NCBI RefSeq assembly: GCF_963921235.1
Contig: NC_086102.1
Coordinates: forward strand, 17,856,001 to 17,920,000
Direction of reading: 5' to 3'
DNA from: Mobula hypostoma
Lineage: Eukaryota
DNA: 64,000 nucleotides
The translations under genes and the position numbers were made by a program. The notes under the pieces were generated by a model that did not search any database, had not been told where the DNA came from, and saw only the letters and a list, made by a program, of their open reading frames with translations. Shown here piece by piece: positions 1 through 14,399 of this stretch; position 1 is the first letter of the stretch; each line of letters opens with the position of its first letter.

Positions 1-1547
1 ACTCTGTGGCGAGGACTGGCTCACGGACCTCCGGTTTCCTCCTGAAATCAATAATCAGCTCCTTGGTCTTGCTGACATTGAGTGAGAGATTGTTGTTGTG
101 GCACCACTCAGCCAGATTTTCAATCTCTTTCCCATATGCTGATTCATCACCACCTTTGATTCAGCCACTGACAGTGGTGTCTTCAGCAAACTTAAGTATG
201 GCATTGGAGCTCTGCCTAGCCTCACAGTCATAAGTATAAAGCAATCAGAGCAGGGGGCTAAGCACACAGCCTTGTGATGCACCTATGCTGATGGAGATTG
301 AGGAGAAGTTGTTCTTGTCAATCCGACTGACTGGGGTCTGCAAGTGAGGAAATGAAGGATCCAATTGCACAAGGAGGAATTTAGGCCGAGGGCTTGAAAC
401 CTATTGATTAGTTCTGAGGGGATGATGGTATTGAATACCAAGCTGTAGTCAATAAAGACCACCCCAACGTATGTATCTTTGCTGTCCAGATGTTCCAGGG
501 TTGAGTGAAGAGCCAACAAAATGGCATCTGCTATGGACCTGTCGTGCCAGTAGGTAAATTGGAGCAGATCCAAGTTGCTTCTCAGACAGGAGTCAATGTG
601 TTTCATCACCAATCTCTCAAAGTTCTTCATCACAGTGGAAGTAAGTACTACTGGACGATAGTTATTGATGCAGGTTACCACGTTCTTCTTGGGCACTGGT
701 ATAACTGAAGCCTACCTGAAGCAGGTGGGTACCTCAGACTGCTGAAGCAAGACGTTAAAGAGATCAGTGAACTCTCCCAGCCAGTAGATTAGCACAGATC
801 TTTAGTACTCAGCCAGCTACCCAATCTGGGCTGGATGCTTTCCGTTGATTCACCCTCCTGAAAGTTGTTCGCACATTGGCTTCAGGGTCTGAAATCATGG
901 GGTCATCAGGAGCTGTGGGAATTTGTGAAGGTTCCTCCGTATTTTTACAGTCAAAGTGAGCACAGAAGGCATTAAGCTCATCTGGCAGTGAAGCCTTGTT
1001 GTCATCTATATCACTTTGGTTTCACTTTGTAAGAAGTAATAGCATCAAGCTCTTCCACAGTTGGTAAGTATCCTTCAGTAATTCAAATTTGGTCCAAAAT
1101 TGCCACTTCACATGTAAGATGGCTTTCCAGAGATAGTACCTGAACCTCTCGTACCTTGACCACCAGAGCTGAATGCCACTGATCTGGCCCTCAGCAAATT
1201 GTGGGTCTCATGGTTCATCCAGGACTTCTGGTTGGCGAAGACTGAATGATCTTATGGGACACACTCATCTACGACTGTTTTTATAAAGCCTGTGACAACC
1301 ATGGTGTACTCATTCACGTCCCGAGTCTTGAACACGGTCCAGTCTGCCAACCCAAAGCAATCCCATAGCTGCTCCTCTGCCTCCTGCAGTCACCTCTTTG
1401 TTGTCCTCACCTCTGAAGCCTTGCTCTTTAGCCTCTGCCATTATGCAGGTAGGAGAAGGAAAACCAAGTGATCAGACTTCCTGAAATGCGGACTAGGCAT
1501 GGAACAGTAGGCATTTCTTATCATAGTATAGCAGTGGTCGAGTGTGT
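1..1547 (-). mobile_element. Rex1/Babar-type LINE fragment (end of APE domain and start of RT), degenerate
   Basis: ORFs TLDHCYT...SDHL and [25 protein letters not shown]...LQF...[13 protein letters not shown]...[16 protein letters not shown], with stops and frameshifts. Confidence 0.9.
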
Positions 1548-1930
1548 CAGGTTGAAGGTTACCTAGACAGAATACGAGGTATTGCACCTCCAGACTGAGA
1601 GTGACCCCATTGTGGCAGTAGAGGAAGCCATGAACTGACATGTTGAAATGGGAATCAACACTCAAATTAAAACCAACACACACAAAATGTTGGAGGAACT
1701 CAGCAAGTCAGGCAGCAGCTATAGAAATGAATAAACAGACAACGTTTCAGGCCGAGACCCTTCTTCAGGACTGGAAAGGAAGGGGTAAGATGACAGAAGA
1801 ACAGAATTAAAATGATTGGCCACCAGGAAATCTTGCTTGTTGTGGACAGAGCAAAGGGGCTCAAACAAAGTGGTCTCCCAATTTATGTCAGGTCTCACCG
1901 ATGTAGAGTAGGCTACATCGGAACACCGAT
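1548..1930 (-). mobile_element. Penelope-like element fragment (GIY-YIG endonuclease remnant) with an embedded hammerhead-bearing repeat
   Basis: Minus strand 1920-1891 translates RCSLLYIGET, then *HKLGDHF. 1660-1550 gives SHFNMSVHGFLYCHNGVTLSLEVQYLVFCLGNLQP, resembling the PLE GIY-YIG C-terminus. The repeat at ~1676-1800 carries a hammerhead core. Confidence 0.75.
1736..1773 (-). ncRNA. Minimal type I hammerhead ribozyme-like motif (Penelope-associated)
   Basis: CAGUC-CUGAAGA-AGG(GUCUCGG)CCU-GAAAC-GUU-GUCUG: CUGANGA and GAAA core boxes, short stem II, palindromic ACGU in place of stem III, stem I CAGUC/GUCUG with one mismatch. Confidence 0.6.
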
Positions 1931-3419
1931 GTACATAAAAGCAGTTATTTTTTGTAACAAATCCTGAGCATATACCTAAGAATTCCTTTGAAATCTACAG
2001 TACCTCTAAGTTAAAAACGTCATCTTCAGCAATAAGGGAGAAATTAATTCAGAATTGGAACTAGAAGAATAAATGATTGGTTTGACTGCAAACAAAGGTT
2101 ATTGAAAATAGCTTACACCATTTGTGCCAATTGAGCTCAAGCCCATCAGAATACTTAAAGGGAAAGATAAAAGAAAAATATTGGAACAACAGTAGACAGG
2201 TCACTGAAAAAGAGATACTATTGACCTAAATAGCTCTTTCTTTGCCGAAGATTCTATGAATCTGTCTGACAAACTCTTCGTTGTCCTACAGTAAATTTGC
2301 TCTATTTTCTGAAAAAGAATATTTGTATTCATTCCCTGCTGCTTCCTTAAAATAGATTTCAGTTACTTTCTCAACCACCCCGCTCCCTTTGCTTTCCACA
2401 ATGGTTTTAAGTTGTTCACAAAACTGCTATTGATGTTGTAAAGCAACATCAATTTCTTTTTCTCCCAACTATCTTCAATCAGCAACTTTCTGGGCAGGTG
2501 AAGATTACCCAAGACTTGTCTTTTTCCATTAAAACAGCACAAACATAGATCTCCTAATCTTCAATGCTTTTCAGTATTTAAATATATAAATTCATCTTAA
2601 ATTACATTGACATGGATATATCTGAAACTGAAGAAAGCGAATTGTTTCTGCTTTTCTTTAATCCTCCAGTGTTCGGCTTCACACCTGGGACCTGTATAAA
2701 TATTGTGCTAGCTGATTGATTGCAATCTGCATACTGGAGTTCCTCAAGAAGGGATTGATTACTAGTTTGGAGCAACTTGCCCAGAAGAGTGGAAAGTGCC
2801 AATAATCAATTCTTAGGTCAAGTTTCCGATTCAAACTCTGAGAAAGAATGGGCCATCATTTAAGCAATCTCATCTTGTACATTGACATGAGATTATTGTC
2901 AAATAGAATATCACTTTATACAAATAAGTCAATGTATTCTAAAGGTTATAAAATAGCACACGTAAAGTATGATATGTTGGTAATAAGGTGAGTTACCTAC
3001 ATTTATAATTTCAAATGATGCAATAGTCCAATAGAAGCAAGAGGTCACGGTAAAGACAATGGAATATCATCTACCAACCAATCAATTGGGACATAAATGA
3101 TAGGAGTCTATTGCAGTTTCTGGACAATCTCTCATTCGGTCCATCATCTGGAGAAAGAAATCAATCAATCCTAAACCTGATCTTGCAAATATGCAACTCC
3201 AGTCTCAACATAGCTGACTTTAATCTGCCTTTTCAAATGACATGATAAGGACACCCAAGAAATGTTTTCCTGATCAGCAACATCCACGTGCCTTAAAAAT
3301 AAATAAGTATATGCTAAATAGACTAAGACATCAATAGATACCCTGTCCTGTTAATGAATATCAGTAAGGATATTTTCGAACATGTCTCGTTGTGGACTAA
3401 TTGGCTGTGCACTACCTGT

Positions 3420-4726
3420 AATGCCTACCAAAGCACGAGGTCTACCGAAGATGCCATCTTATTGGTTCTTCACACAAACCTGGAACATCTGGACAGCAAA
3501 GATGCATACATCATCAGAATGCCCTTTATCGATTACAGCTCAGCATTTAATATCATCATCCACTCAAAACTAATGTAAACTCCAAGACCTGGGCCTCAAT
3601 ACCACCTTGTGCAATTGGATCCTGGATTTCCTCACCTGCAGACCGCAGTCAGTCCAGATTGGCAAAAACATCTCCTCCACAATCTCCATCAGCACAGGTG
3701 CACCACAGGGATGCATGCTGAGCTCCCTGCTCAACTCGCTGTACACCTATGACTGTGTGGCTACGTACAGCTCCAACACCAGATACAAGTTTGCTGATGA
3801 CAACACTGTTGTGGACTGTATCAAAGGGGATGATGAATCAGCATACAGAAGGGAGATTGAAAATTTGGCTGAGTGGTGTCATAACGACAACCTCTCATTC
3901 AATGTCAAGAAACTGATTGTCAACTTCAGGACAGGGAAAAAAGAGGTCCATGAGCCATTAACCATCAGAAGATCAGAGGTGGAGAGGGTCAATAACTTTA
4001 AATTCCTGGGTGTCACTACCTCAAAGGACCTGTCCTGGACCCATCATATAAATATAATTGCAAAGAAAGCATGACAGTGCCTCTAGAATCTGCAGAGATT
4101 CAGCATGTCATCAAAAACCTTGGCAAACTTCTGGTGGTGAAAAGTGTGTTGACTGGCTGGATTATGGCCTGGTAAGGGAATATCAATGCCTTTTGAGTGG
4201 AAAATCCTACAAAAGGTAGTGGATTTGGCCCTATACATCACAGATAAAGCCCTCCCAACGATTGAACACATCGACATGAAATGTTGCCATAGAAAAGCAG
4301 CATCCATCATCAAAGATCCTCACCACCCAGGCCATTCTCATTTCTCTCTGCTGCCTTCAGGTAGAAGGCACTAGTGGCTCAAGACTCGCACCACTGGGTT
4401 TAAGAACAGTTACTACCCTCAACCATCAGGCTCTTGAACAAAAGGGGATAACTACACTCACTCTACCTCTGGTGTTCCCACAACCGATGGTCTCACTTTA
4501 AGGACTCTATCTTGTTATTTCATGCTCTTTCAATTAATGTTATTTCATACTCATTATTTATTGCTATATATTTATATTTGCATTTGCACACTTTGTTGTT
4601 CATTGATCCTGTTTACAGTTACTGTTCTATAGATTTGCTAAGTATCCCCGCAGGAAAAAGAATCACAGGGTTGTATTTGGTGACACGTATGCACTCTGAT
4701 AATAAATTTTACTTTGAACTTTGAAC
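3420..4726 (+). mobile_element. Rex1/Babar LINE, 5'-truncated, with (ACTTTGA)n tail
   Basis: RT motifs [34 protein letters not shown]...LSW; C-terminal IIKDPHHPGH..F.LLPSGRR; ends aataaatttt-actttgaactttgaac. Confidence 0.92.
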
Positions 4727-5352
4727 AGTAGCAACTATACTTCAAAACTGTCTGATGTGAGTTCTCTCTTTATAACTTGGAAATCCAAATCATAAAATCA
4801 ATCTTCTCAGTGTTTTCTGAATAAAATGGCCTTTAAATTAATTCACAATTTGTAAAATAACATAATAAAATCTTACATAAAGCACTGAAATTTAAGTGTC
4901 TGTAATCTAACTTCTATCTGACATGTAATAACTTTAGGTGGCTGAAATCATTCAGTCAACCATTAAAAATTACTCTTGCTTTCTGGAGTACTTTTCAGTT
5001 CCTTTTCCAGTGTAGGTGTCACTTACCAATGTTAAACTGTATCACCTATTCATTAGTGTGTTCTTTTTTATTCAGATCTTCTTGAATGCTGAACTTGGTC
5101 TCTAGTTTTTCATCTGCTACAAAAACTTGTTAACATGAATAAACTCTTCTTCATTTACGAATGACAGGATAGGGCCCGGATTAAAAACTTGAGAAGCTTT
5201 CATTGTAACCATCTACTTTTTGCTAAGGCAATTCTCATTTATTATCTGATGCTTCCCATGAAGTAAATATTGAATCCATATTAGTCCCAGCTGTCTTGAC
5301 CTCCTATAAGTTTTTCCACAGGCAATGTGATTCTTCTTCCTCTTCTGTATTT

Positions 5353-6032
5353 AGAACATAAGACCATAAAACATTGGAGCAGAATTAGGCCATTTAGCCC
5401 ATTGAGTCTGCTCCACCATGTCTAATTAATTATCCCTCTCAACCCCACTCTTCTGCCTTATCTCTATAACCTTGGACTCCCTGAATAATCAGGAACCCAT
5501 TAATCTCCGCCTTAAATATATCCAATGACTTGGTCTGCACAACCATCTGTGGCAATGAACTCTACAGATTCAACACCCTCTGGCTAAATAATTTCTTCCA
5601 CATCTGTTCTAAACAGACATCGCTCTATTTTGAAGCTGTGCCTTCTGGTCCTAGACTCCCCACTATAGGAACCATCATCTCCATTCCCACTCTGTGTAGG
5701 TCTTTCAATATTCGATAGGTTTCAATGAGATCCCCTGATTCTTTTAAGCTCCAGCGGGTTCAGGCCCAGAGCCATCAAACGCTCCTCATATGTTAACTCT
5801 TTCATTCCTGGGATCATTCGTGTGAATCTCCTCTGGACTCTCCAATGCCATGCAACTTTTCTTAGATACAGCGACCAAAACTGCTTACAATACTCCAAGT
5901 GTGGTCTGAACAATGCCTTATAAAGCGTCAGCATTACATCCTTGTATTTACATTCTAATACTCTCAAAATAAATGCTAAAATTGCATTTGACTTCCTTAC
6001 CACCGACTCAACCTGCAAGTTAACCTTTAGGG
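5353..6032 (-). mobile_element. CR1 LINE 3' fragment
   Basis: ORF LYKALFRPHLEYCKQFWS...VQRRFTRMIPGMKELTYEERL and a CR1-type 3'UTR/tail. Confidence 0.9.
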
Positions 6033-6099
6033 AACACTCTATCCCTATTTCCTTAGAATAAAGAACTACTTATATGCAATAGTCAAATCAGAAGTCATG

Positions 6100-7425
6100 T
6101 ATAAACTTGTACATTCATATTTTGCTGAGGACTAGATCTGTGGCATTTAAGAACAGTGATCCAAAACTGCACAAGAAGTCCAGGTACGACCTATGGAAGG
6201 CTATTTTAAGGGTGAGAAAACAATTCCAATTGTGGTTAGAGATGGAATTGGATGCACATCAAGTCTGGCAGAGTTTGCAAACCATTACTTTCTACAAAGT
6301 AAACCTAACATCACTAATGGCTGTGATCACCTGGACTATAGTAATACCTACATTGAACTGCTGTCTATTGACTTTAGTTCAGTGTTCAACACAGTCATAC
6401 CCTCGGTTCTAATCAACAAGCTCCTAAACCTCGACTTCTGTACCTTCCTCTGCAACTGGACTTCCTTACTGGGAAACCACAGTCTGTGCAAATCAGAAAT
6501 TATATCTCCTCCTTTCTGACAATCAACACTGGTGCACCTCCAAGATGTGTGTTTAGACACTGCTTTATTCTTTCTACACCCAAGATTGTGCGGCTAAGCA
6601 CATCTCAAACACCATCTATATATTTGCCAACTATATATTGTTGACAGAGTTTCAGATGGTGACAAGAATGCGTCCAGGTTGAGATAGATCAGCTGATTGA
6701 GTGGTGTTGCAGCAATACCTTTGCAAGCAACATAAGACCAAGGAATTGATTGTGGACCACAGGAAGGGAAAGTGGAGGGGACACACACCAGGAATCAGAA
6801 TTTGAAAAGGTGAGCAGTTTCAAGTTACTGTGTGTCAGCATCTCTGAGGATCTATCCTAAGCCCAACATATTGATGCAATTACAAAGGCACAACAGTGGC
6901 TATATTTCTTTATGAGTTTGAGGAGGATTGGTATGTCATCAAAGACAAAGACACAATCAAATTTCTACAGATGTATTGTGGAGAGCATTACTGTCTGCTA
7001 TGGAGAGGCCACTGCACAGGATCAGAAAAAACTGCAGAAAGTTGTAAACTCAGCCAGTTCCACCATGGGCACTAGCCTCCCAGCATCGAGACCTTTAAAA
7101 GATAATGCCTCAAAAAGACGGCATCCATCACCCAGGGAATGCCCTTTTCTTGTTACTACCATCAAAGTGGTGGTACAGGAGCCTGAAGATACACACTCAT
7201 TGTTTCAGATACAACTTCTTCCCCTCCACTATCAGATTTCTGAATGGACAATAAACCCATGAACACTACCTCAGTATTCTCTTTCTGCATTAATACACAA
7301 ACACTTCAACTTTTGCACAGTACTGTATATGAGATTTTTAAAGATACTTAATAGTTTTTTTATTATGTCTTGCAACAGTCTGCTGCACAAAACAAATTTC
7401 AAGACATAGGCCAGTGATTCTGATA
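6100..7425 (+). mobile_element. Rex1/Babar LINE, internally deleted and degenerate
   Basis: Fragments KKSRYDLWKAI, IDFSSVFNTVIPSVLINKL, FYRCIVESI...LQKVVNSA; (gattct)n-like tail. Confidence 0.85.
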
Positions 7426-7514
7426 GAGTTGAAAAATGCTTTGCAAAACTAGTAGTAAATGTATTATAAGCCGATTATACTAGCAAAGCTTTTCAAAATC
7501 AATAGTAACCATAC

Positions 7515-7775
7515 CGTGTGCGTGAGATGATGGGGCTATCGGGACTTTGAGACTTTTTTTTACCGTGCCCATGGTCTGCTCTTTATCAAATTATGGTATT
7601 GCTTTGCACTGTTGTAACTATATGTTATTATTATGTGGTTTTTATCAGTTTTAGTCTTGATCTGTCCTGTGTTTCTGTGATATCATACTGGAGGAACGTT
7701 GTATCATTTCTCAATGCATGCATTACTAAATGACAATAAACGAGGACTGAGTGTCCTCATAATCTAATCTAAAAA
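7515..7775 (+). mobile_element. LINE 3'UTR fragment with (AATCT)n tail
   Basis: Ends ...aaatgacaataaacgaggactgagtgtcctcataatctaatct, a poly(A) signal followed by a small hairpin and a short tandem tail. Confidence 0.6.
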
Positions 7776-8689
7776 ATCTAACACAAAAAGCACTGGAGGA
7801 ACTCAGCGGGCCAGGCAGCATCTTTCTATAGGGGGAAAATAGATGGTCAATGCATCAGGTGGAGACTGACAGAAAAGATATAACAGCTGAGATTTATGAA
7901 GATATGCCACATCTGGGAGATGGCAACTGTGAAGAATGAGCTAGGATTTTCTTTAACATATGGAGGGCAATGAGGAGAGACAGTTGGTGTGAATAATATT
8001 AGATAAGTAGGAAGTACCCATTTCCCTGAGCATTAGGGTCAAAAGCAAGGAGGCATGGATTTTGAAAAATTGGGGGAAGCAAGAGAGAGCAAGGTAGGAA
8101 AAATAAATCTTCACTAAAGGGCAGTTGATGTCTGGAAATCACTGCCTGAAAATGCAGTGAAGTTCTAATTCTTGAGTGAATTCATCCCTGAATATCTATC
8201 CTGGGCCCAACATATTGATTCAATTACGAAGAAAGCACACCAGCAGCAATATTTCATTAGGAGCTTGACGAAATTTGGTATGTAATTCTCACAGATGAGT
8301 AACATATGGTGACATATATATACTTTGATAATAAAATTTACTTTGAACTTTGAAGTGCATCTTGAGACCAAGGCAGCAGAAATTGTAAATGTTTGCATCA
8401 TACTCTCTTCAGTTACCAGGTGACAGCAGATTTCATAACACAAGGAGCAAAAGAAGCAAAACTTGTGGAGGAAAATAATATTAACAATAAGGAACTTAAT
8501 ATTTTGTCAAGAAATTAGTCTAGAGAAACTTACCCCCTGTACTAGATAGCCTAGATTATAGTTTCTTGATATAGCCCAGCAAAGCCTTGCCCTCAACCTC
8601 TTGCTTTATTCCCTACAGCCTCATGTCTGTGGGGACAAATTCTGCTCTAATTCCACCTACAAGTTTGAAGGCCAGATGTGACAAAACAT

Positions 8690-9515
8690 TGAATGCAGGA
8701 AGGAGAGCCTAGTGGCATGATGTCAAAGCATCAACCTTTCCCTCAGTCTCTCTCAGCATAATAAAACAGCTGATATGATAGCTGACTTGGAGAAGCAGAA
8801 CCTTATGTCTATGAATGGTGCAGAGGTGAAGATGTTCAAGAACTTCAAATTCCTAGGTTAAAAATATCACCAATAGGTTGTCCTGATCTAAACATGTTGA
8901 TGCTGCAGCCAGCAAAGCACACTACTGCCTCTACTTCCTCAGGTTAAGGAAACTCGGACCTCACCAATTTTTAAAGATGCACCATTGAAAGCACACTATC
9001 AGGAGGCATCACACCTTGCTATGACAACTGTTCTGCATGACCCCATAAAAAATTGCAGTGCGTTACAGACACAGTCAGTCCATCAGAAAAAAAAATAGCC
9101 TCACATCTCCTCCACTGACTGTCTGCTCTTCTTGTTACCTTGGGAAAGCAGCCATCATAATCAAGAACCCTTCCCACTTTGGTCATTCTCTCTGCTCTAT
9201 CACTGAACTGAAGATACAAGAACTTGAATACGCTCATCACCAGGCTCAAGGACAGTTTCTATCCAGCAATTAAAAGACTCTTGAATGAATCTCTGGTATG
9301 ATAACAGAGAACTCCTGACCATAGTCTACCTAATCATGGCCCTTGCACTTTATAGTCTACCTGCACTGCACTTTCTCTGTCACTGTAACACTACATTCTG
9401 CATTCTGTTCTCTTTGTACTTACTCAATGCACTTATGATTTGAAATGACCCAAATGGATGGCATGCAGGACAAAACTGTTCCACTGTATCTTGGTACATG
9501 TGACAATAATTAACT
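8690..9515 (+). mobile_element. Rex1/Babar LINE 3' fragment, degenerate
   Basis: Remnants FKFLG and CYLGKAAIIIKNPSHFGHSL, plus a Rex1-like 3'UTR. Confidence 0.8.
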
Positions 9516-9699
9516 TATTTGCTCCAAGATTCTGGAAGATTAGAAAGTACAAACAAAAGGTGAAATGTGAATTGCGCACTACTGTGACAACAACTCAGTC
9601 AAAAAATCAAAATTGTCCCAGAACAAATGTAACCAACCAGCACATGCTATATCTGGTGGCTCTGATAGAGAATGCCAAAATCTATTCTTAAATACACAC

Positions 9700-10670
9700 T
9701 GAAAAGCACGTTGGAAAACTGTAGTACATTTAGATAGAATGAACATGTTACACAAGACTGATATGTTTGAAAATCCAGAGATTTCCAGGATTTGGTTGTA
9801 GCATCTGATAAGATGTCATATGATCATTATGTAAATAAGTGCTTATATTGATGGATAAACAACATGTTTAACAAAAGTTAAAAAACAGAAATAACTTTTT
9901 TCAGATGAGGAGGCATTTCTCATGGGATACAGCAAGGACCAAAACTGAGGTCTTAGCTATTTTCTGTACAATATGATAAAGACGTGTTAATAGCTGAGCC
10001 CTCAGTCTTGATCAAAACTGAAGACAATATTTTCTAGTTTACACTTGACATAAAAGCCCATGGAAAAGTGAATAAGAAAAGTAAGCCTTCAAAGGGAATT
10101 ATAGTCAAGTTAATTGATGTTAAAAGGTGGCAGAGAATAACATGTAATAAAAGGATAAATTTTGATAGGAAAAGTTAAATAGCATTATTTTTAAAATAAT
10201 GAAAACTGTATAGAGAAACTTGAGCATACGAAGACATGAAATGCAAGAAGTTGAAATGCAATTATAAAAAGTAACATGGCAAACAAATTGTGCCTTCACC
10301 TTTACTTGAAGTCCTGCTGAGACAAACCAGTGTACAATTTCAGCTCAACTCCAAGAATGTACCTTTGGAGACACTATAATTCATAAATTGATTTTTCAAT
10401 TAAGAGGGTTGCTTTATGAAGAGCCAGTGGGTGGGACTGCCCTATGTCCATTGACGTTCTAAAGAATGAGGTTCTATATCAATTTAAGTTGTATTATTCA
10501 AAAGAGACCAAACGAGATTACTTCCCCAAAACTTGATGTGATCTCAGCGTGGGAGGCGTTTTTCTTGAAAATTTTATCAACCAGGACACTGCAGAAGCTC
10601 CGATGCTACGTATATTCAAACCTGAGATTATCAGACTTTCAGGTACTAAAGGAATAGAGCAAATGGATCA
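9700..10670 (+). mobile_element. Very old CR1-like RT remnant
   Basis: Patchy nucleotide resemblance to the CR1 copy at 42272-44166; no intact ORF. Confidence 0.45.
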
Positions 10671-11974
10671 CAGAGAGATAATCACTCATTAATAACTATA
10701 TGGAAAATGCAGGTAGAATATTGATTTTGCCTACTTCAGCAACCAGAGGTCAATACAGTTAAGAGTGAAACCATGATTTGTGAAAAGTAGTCCATAGATG
10801 AAAAACATCGGAAAGGTGAATTCATGGTTACAAACTTCATATAACATATTTATACAACTCTGCTGTCCCTACATTTTTACATTGATAAATAAGATCACTG
10901 TGAAAATACTGTTTTGTTTGTTAACAGATGTACTGAAGTTAGCATAAGAAATCTACGTTTATTGATAAACCTTGGAATAGCTTAACTGAAACCCATGCTG
11001 ATTCTCAATTCATCAATTTCGTGCACCAGCTTCAGGGAGAATTGGTGTAAAAATGTCTGCTTCATGATTGACATCACTAGGTTTCCTTAGTACCTGAAAG
11101 CTTTGAATACACATGAGCCAAAGTACCTGTTTCTATGCTGTCCTTCTCTATGAACAAGTTACATAAGAAAACTGGAAAACAGAGTAAGCTTTCACTTACT
11201 GCCAATTTTGCAACCTGGGTGGTAAGATATAACAGATTTTACTTCACCTGACCAAGAATTTTGAAGTTATATCTAGCACAGTTCTCCAGCAAATGTAGAA
11301 CTCCTCACCTTGCCGTACCAATACACCAGATAGATGCCTTTCATTTAACCAGATGGTAACCAAGAGGGAACCATCAGACTGAACTCAATATTCTACCACT
11401 ACTGATACTTCAACTTTTGACAAGTTAACACTGCAAACACATTATTGCCATACCTTATTGCCTAGATTAAAGACAAAAATAGCATGGAAACAATGCACTC
11501 ACATCAAATATATTTAAACTATTCAGGACCACATTATTACTAAGTACCTAGTAAAATGAAATATCTAAGTGATAAAAATGCATTAACACACTGATTTTCT
11601 TGGCTGCTTTAAAAATGTTCATTTCTTAAAACCATAACACTTTAGATTTTTGGATAATTTTCTAAAGTAACATTGCCTTCTTGGTGTGCCAGTCTTTCTA
11701 CAAGAATCCCATCTTAGAATTTGCCCTGACTTCTCATTCTTAGCCTCTCCTTTTTAATTTGCCAACCTTTTGTCCAGGCATCATTACACTTCCTCTGATC
11801 CCTGCTTCATTGTCCTCTTCAGACGTGCTACCTTGTTCAATTTGAAATACAGGTAGACTAAACTCATTTGTAACAAAGATAAACTTGAATAATAAGGCTC
11901 TTAAGAAGCTAATTCTGAAGCTAATACCATGGAAAAAGGAAAAGGGATTGAAAGGAAATCTAAGGCATGGACAG

Positions 11975-12550
11975 TGACAGAGGTCAAGTGTTTTATGGAC
12001 TGAGGAAATACAGCAAGGCAGCGATGAGGAGGAGGCATGTCAGCAGTTCTATTTCATTAAGAATTTGAAGATATTTGGTTTTTCCACCAAAGACACTTGT
12101 TAATTTCTGTAGCTGTATATTGGACAGCATTCTGACTGGCAGCATCACCCTGGAATAGAAGCTCCAAGGCACAGAATCAGAAGAGGCTGCAGTGGATTGT
12201 AGGTCTAGCCAGCTCCATTTCAGGCACAACCTTCCCCACCATCGAGGACATCTTCAAAAAGCACTGCCTCAAGAAAATAACATTTATCATTAAGTACCTT
12301 TCCTATCTAAGACATACCCTCATATCATCACTCCCATCAGGGAGGAGCTGCAGGAGCCTGAAGACCCCCACACAGTGATACAGCAAAGCTTCTCCTCTAC
12401 CATCAGATTTCTAAACAGTTCATGTACACTACGTCATTTTTATTTGTACTATTTTTTAAAAACTTATGGTAATTCTATGTCTTTGCACCGTACTGCTGCT
12501 GACAAATTTCACATCATATACAACAGTAATATTAAAACAATTCTGATAAT
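11975..12550 (+). mobile_element. Rex1/Babar LINE 3' fragment
   Basis: Nucleotide similarity to the 3' ends at 4080-4440 and 41600-41980 (agcattctgactggc...ccatcagggaggag...ccatcagatttct). Confidence 0.8.
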
Positions 12551-14399
12551 GCTTATGATAGCACTGGTCAGAGTACCGATAAAGATGAGTCACTTTTAGA
12601 CCACCGTACCCAAATGCAGATTTCCCTTCAAGAGGGCAATTCGTGACGAGGTTGGCGTTTTAAGCTGTCCATGGTCTCATGATCAGTGATTTTAATTAAC
12701 TGAATTAAAATACCCCAGGTCTCTGAATAACTAATCTAATTCAGTTACCCAATCACAACTTGTTATGAAGCAGGCAGCATTTAACAGCAAGAATACAGTG
12801 TTGAAAAGTTTGGATAGCACACTAAACCTCAGACAGCTCAACCAGAGACGATAGTAAGACATTGGCTTCAATCATTCTGGTGTGCAAGTGCAAGGATGGA
12901 GTTTACCCAATATTCAAACTTGGATAAGCACTTTTGACAACAGATGGGTTGAGAGCCAAAGCAGAGCTTGGTATTGTCAGCACACATGAACCCAGACACT
13001 TATCTGTAGCTAATGTAGTCATGGGGTAGCATGTTAAATACTCCACTAAATAGAATCAAACACAATAGAAGTCATCATGGAGGGTAATGCTTTAGTTGCA
13101 TATAGATTGTTAATAAGAAAAAGCAAGAAAAAACAACTGGACCAGATAAGCAATAGTGGATGTTAAACGGCAGTAGTGTAATCAATGATGTCCTGTCTGA
13201 ACTTTTAATGATACTACATGTTGGTGACTTTTGACTACATTTTAGCAGTGTCAATAATAGAAATTTTCTGGAGATATTAAAATGAAGCTGCAATATAAAA
13301 TGACCACATACTTAGAAGGTTGTAATACTTCTGATAGTTTCAGAAGAATAAAGCAGTTGGTGATGCAAGATGCTAATGATGCAAAATGTCAAGTTTTCTA
13401 GAACGTCACAATGGTCAAGATTTGTGGATGGGAAAATGTATCCAATTCTGATAATTAGCAATGGGACTGTTGGCTCAAACTTTACGCCTGCTATGTACTG
13501 ATAAAATCTGAACTCTAATGTCCTGCAAACAGTACATTGGTTTAGTAGGGCAATTCTAGAGAGAACAGTAACTTATTAACATTTTAAACTTAGTAAGTGA
13601 TGGAATTTCTAATGTACCTCTATATTTGCACGAATCTGAAAACCTGCAAGTACACACCTGATTTATTGACAGCCTGTGAATATGTACTTGGGAGATCAGA
13701 GGGATGTTTGGGCAACTGCTGTGGGGCTGCAGCCATCTACTTCTTCGTGGAAAGGGGGAAATTTAGTGTGCCTTCTCTCCTTAATCACCCCCACTCCACT
13801 CCAAGGCCAACAATAGGGAACTGGGTCAAGCTGTGTAGAGCTGGGAACACTGAGCAGGATCACTCAGTGAGGCTGCTCTTCCCATGCCTACTGGCTCTTT
13901 TGTCACAGCACTCTCTGACTCTCTCCAAAACACTTTTTGTTCAGTTCCAACACAGACAGTTTAGGTTATGAAAAGTTCTTTAAAAAACAGAACTATCATA
14001 AGCTGGGAACAGCCTTTAAGTGACAAATGCATAATGGAGAAGCATGGAGAGTGACAAACACATTTCCAGGCAGGTTTTAATATTCACAGCAAACAGCATG
14101 CTATTTTGTCTTCCAAATGTCATGTAATGAAATTTGTAAACATCCTAATCTGGGAATAATACACTAAAACAAATAATGTTTTTGATGTATCCATAAAGAG
14201 CCACTACGTTTAAATGCATGATTCCATAGCTTTAAAGTATCTATACTCCTAATGTTAGTTTCCTACCAATTCATCTTCTCGATCTTAATATTTAAAAACT
14301 AATTTTTCTATTACTTATTAAAAGTATGACTGCAAATAAAAGTATGACTGCAAATAACAGAATGACGAACATCAATGCACAAGTAAAATATTCTCATCT

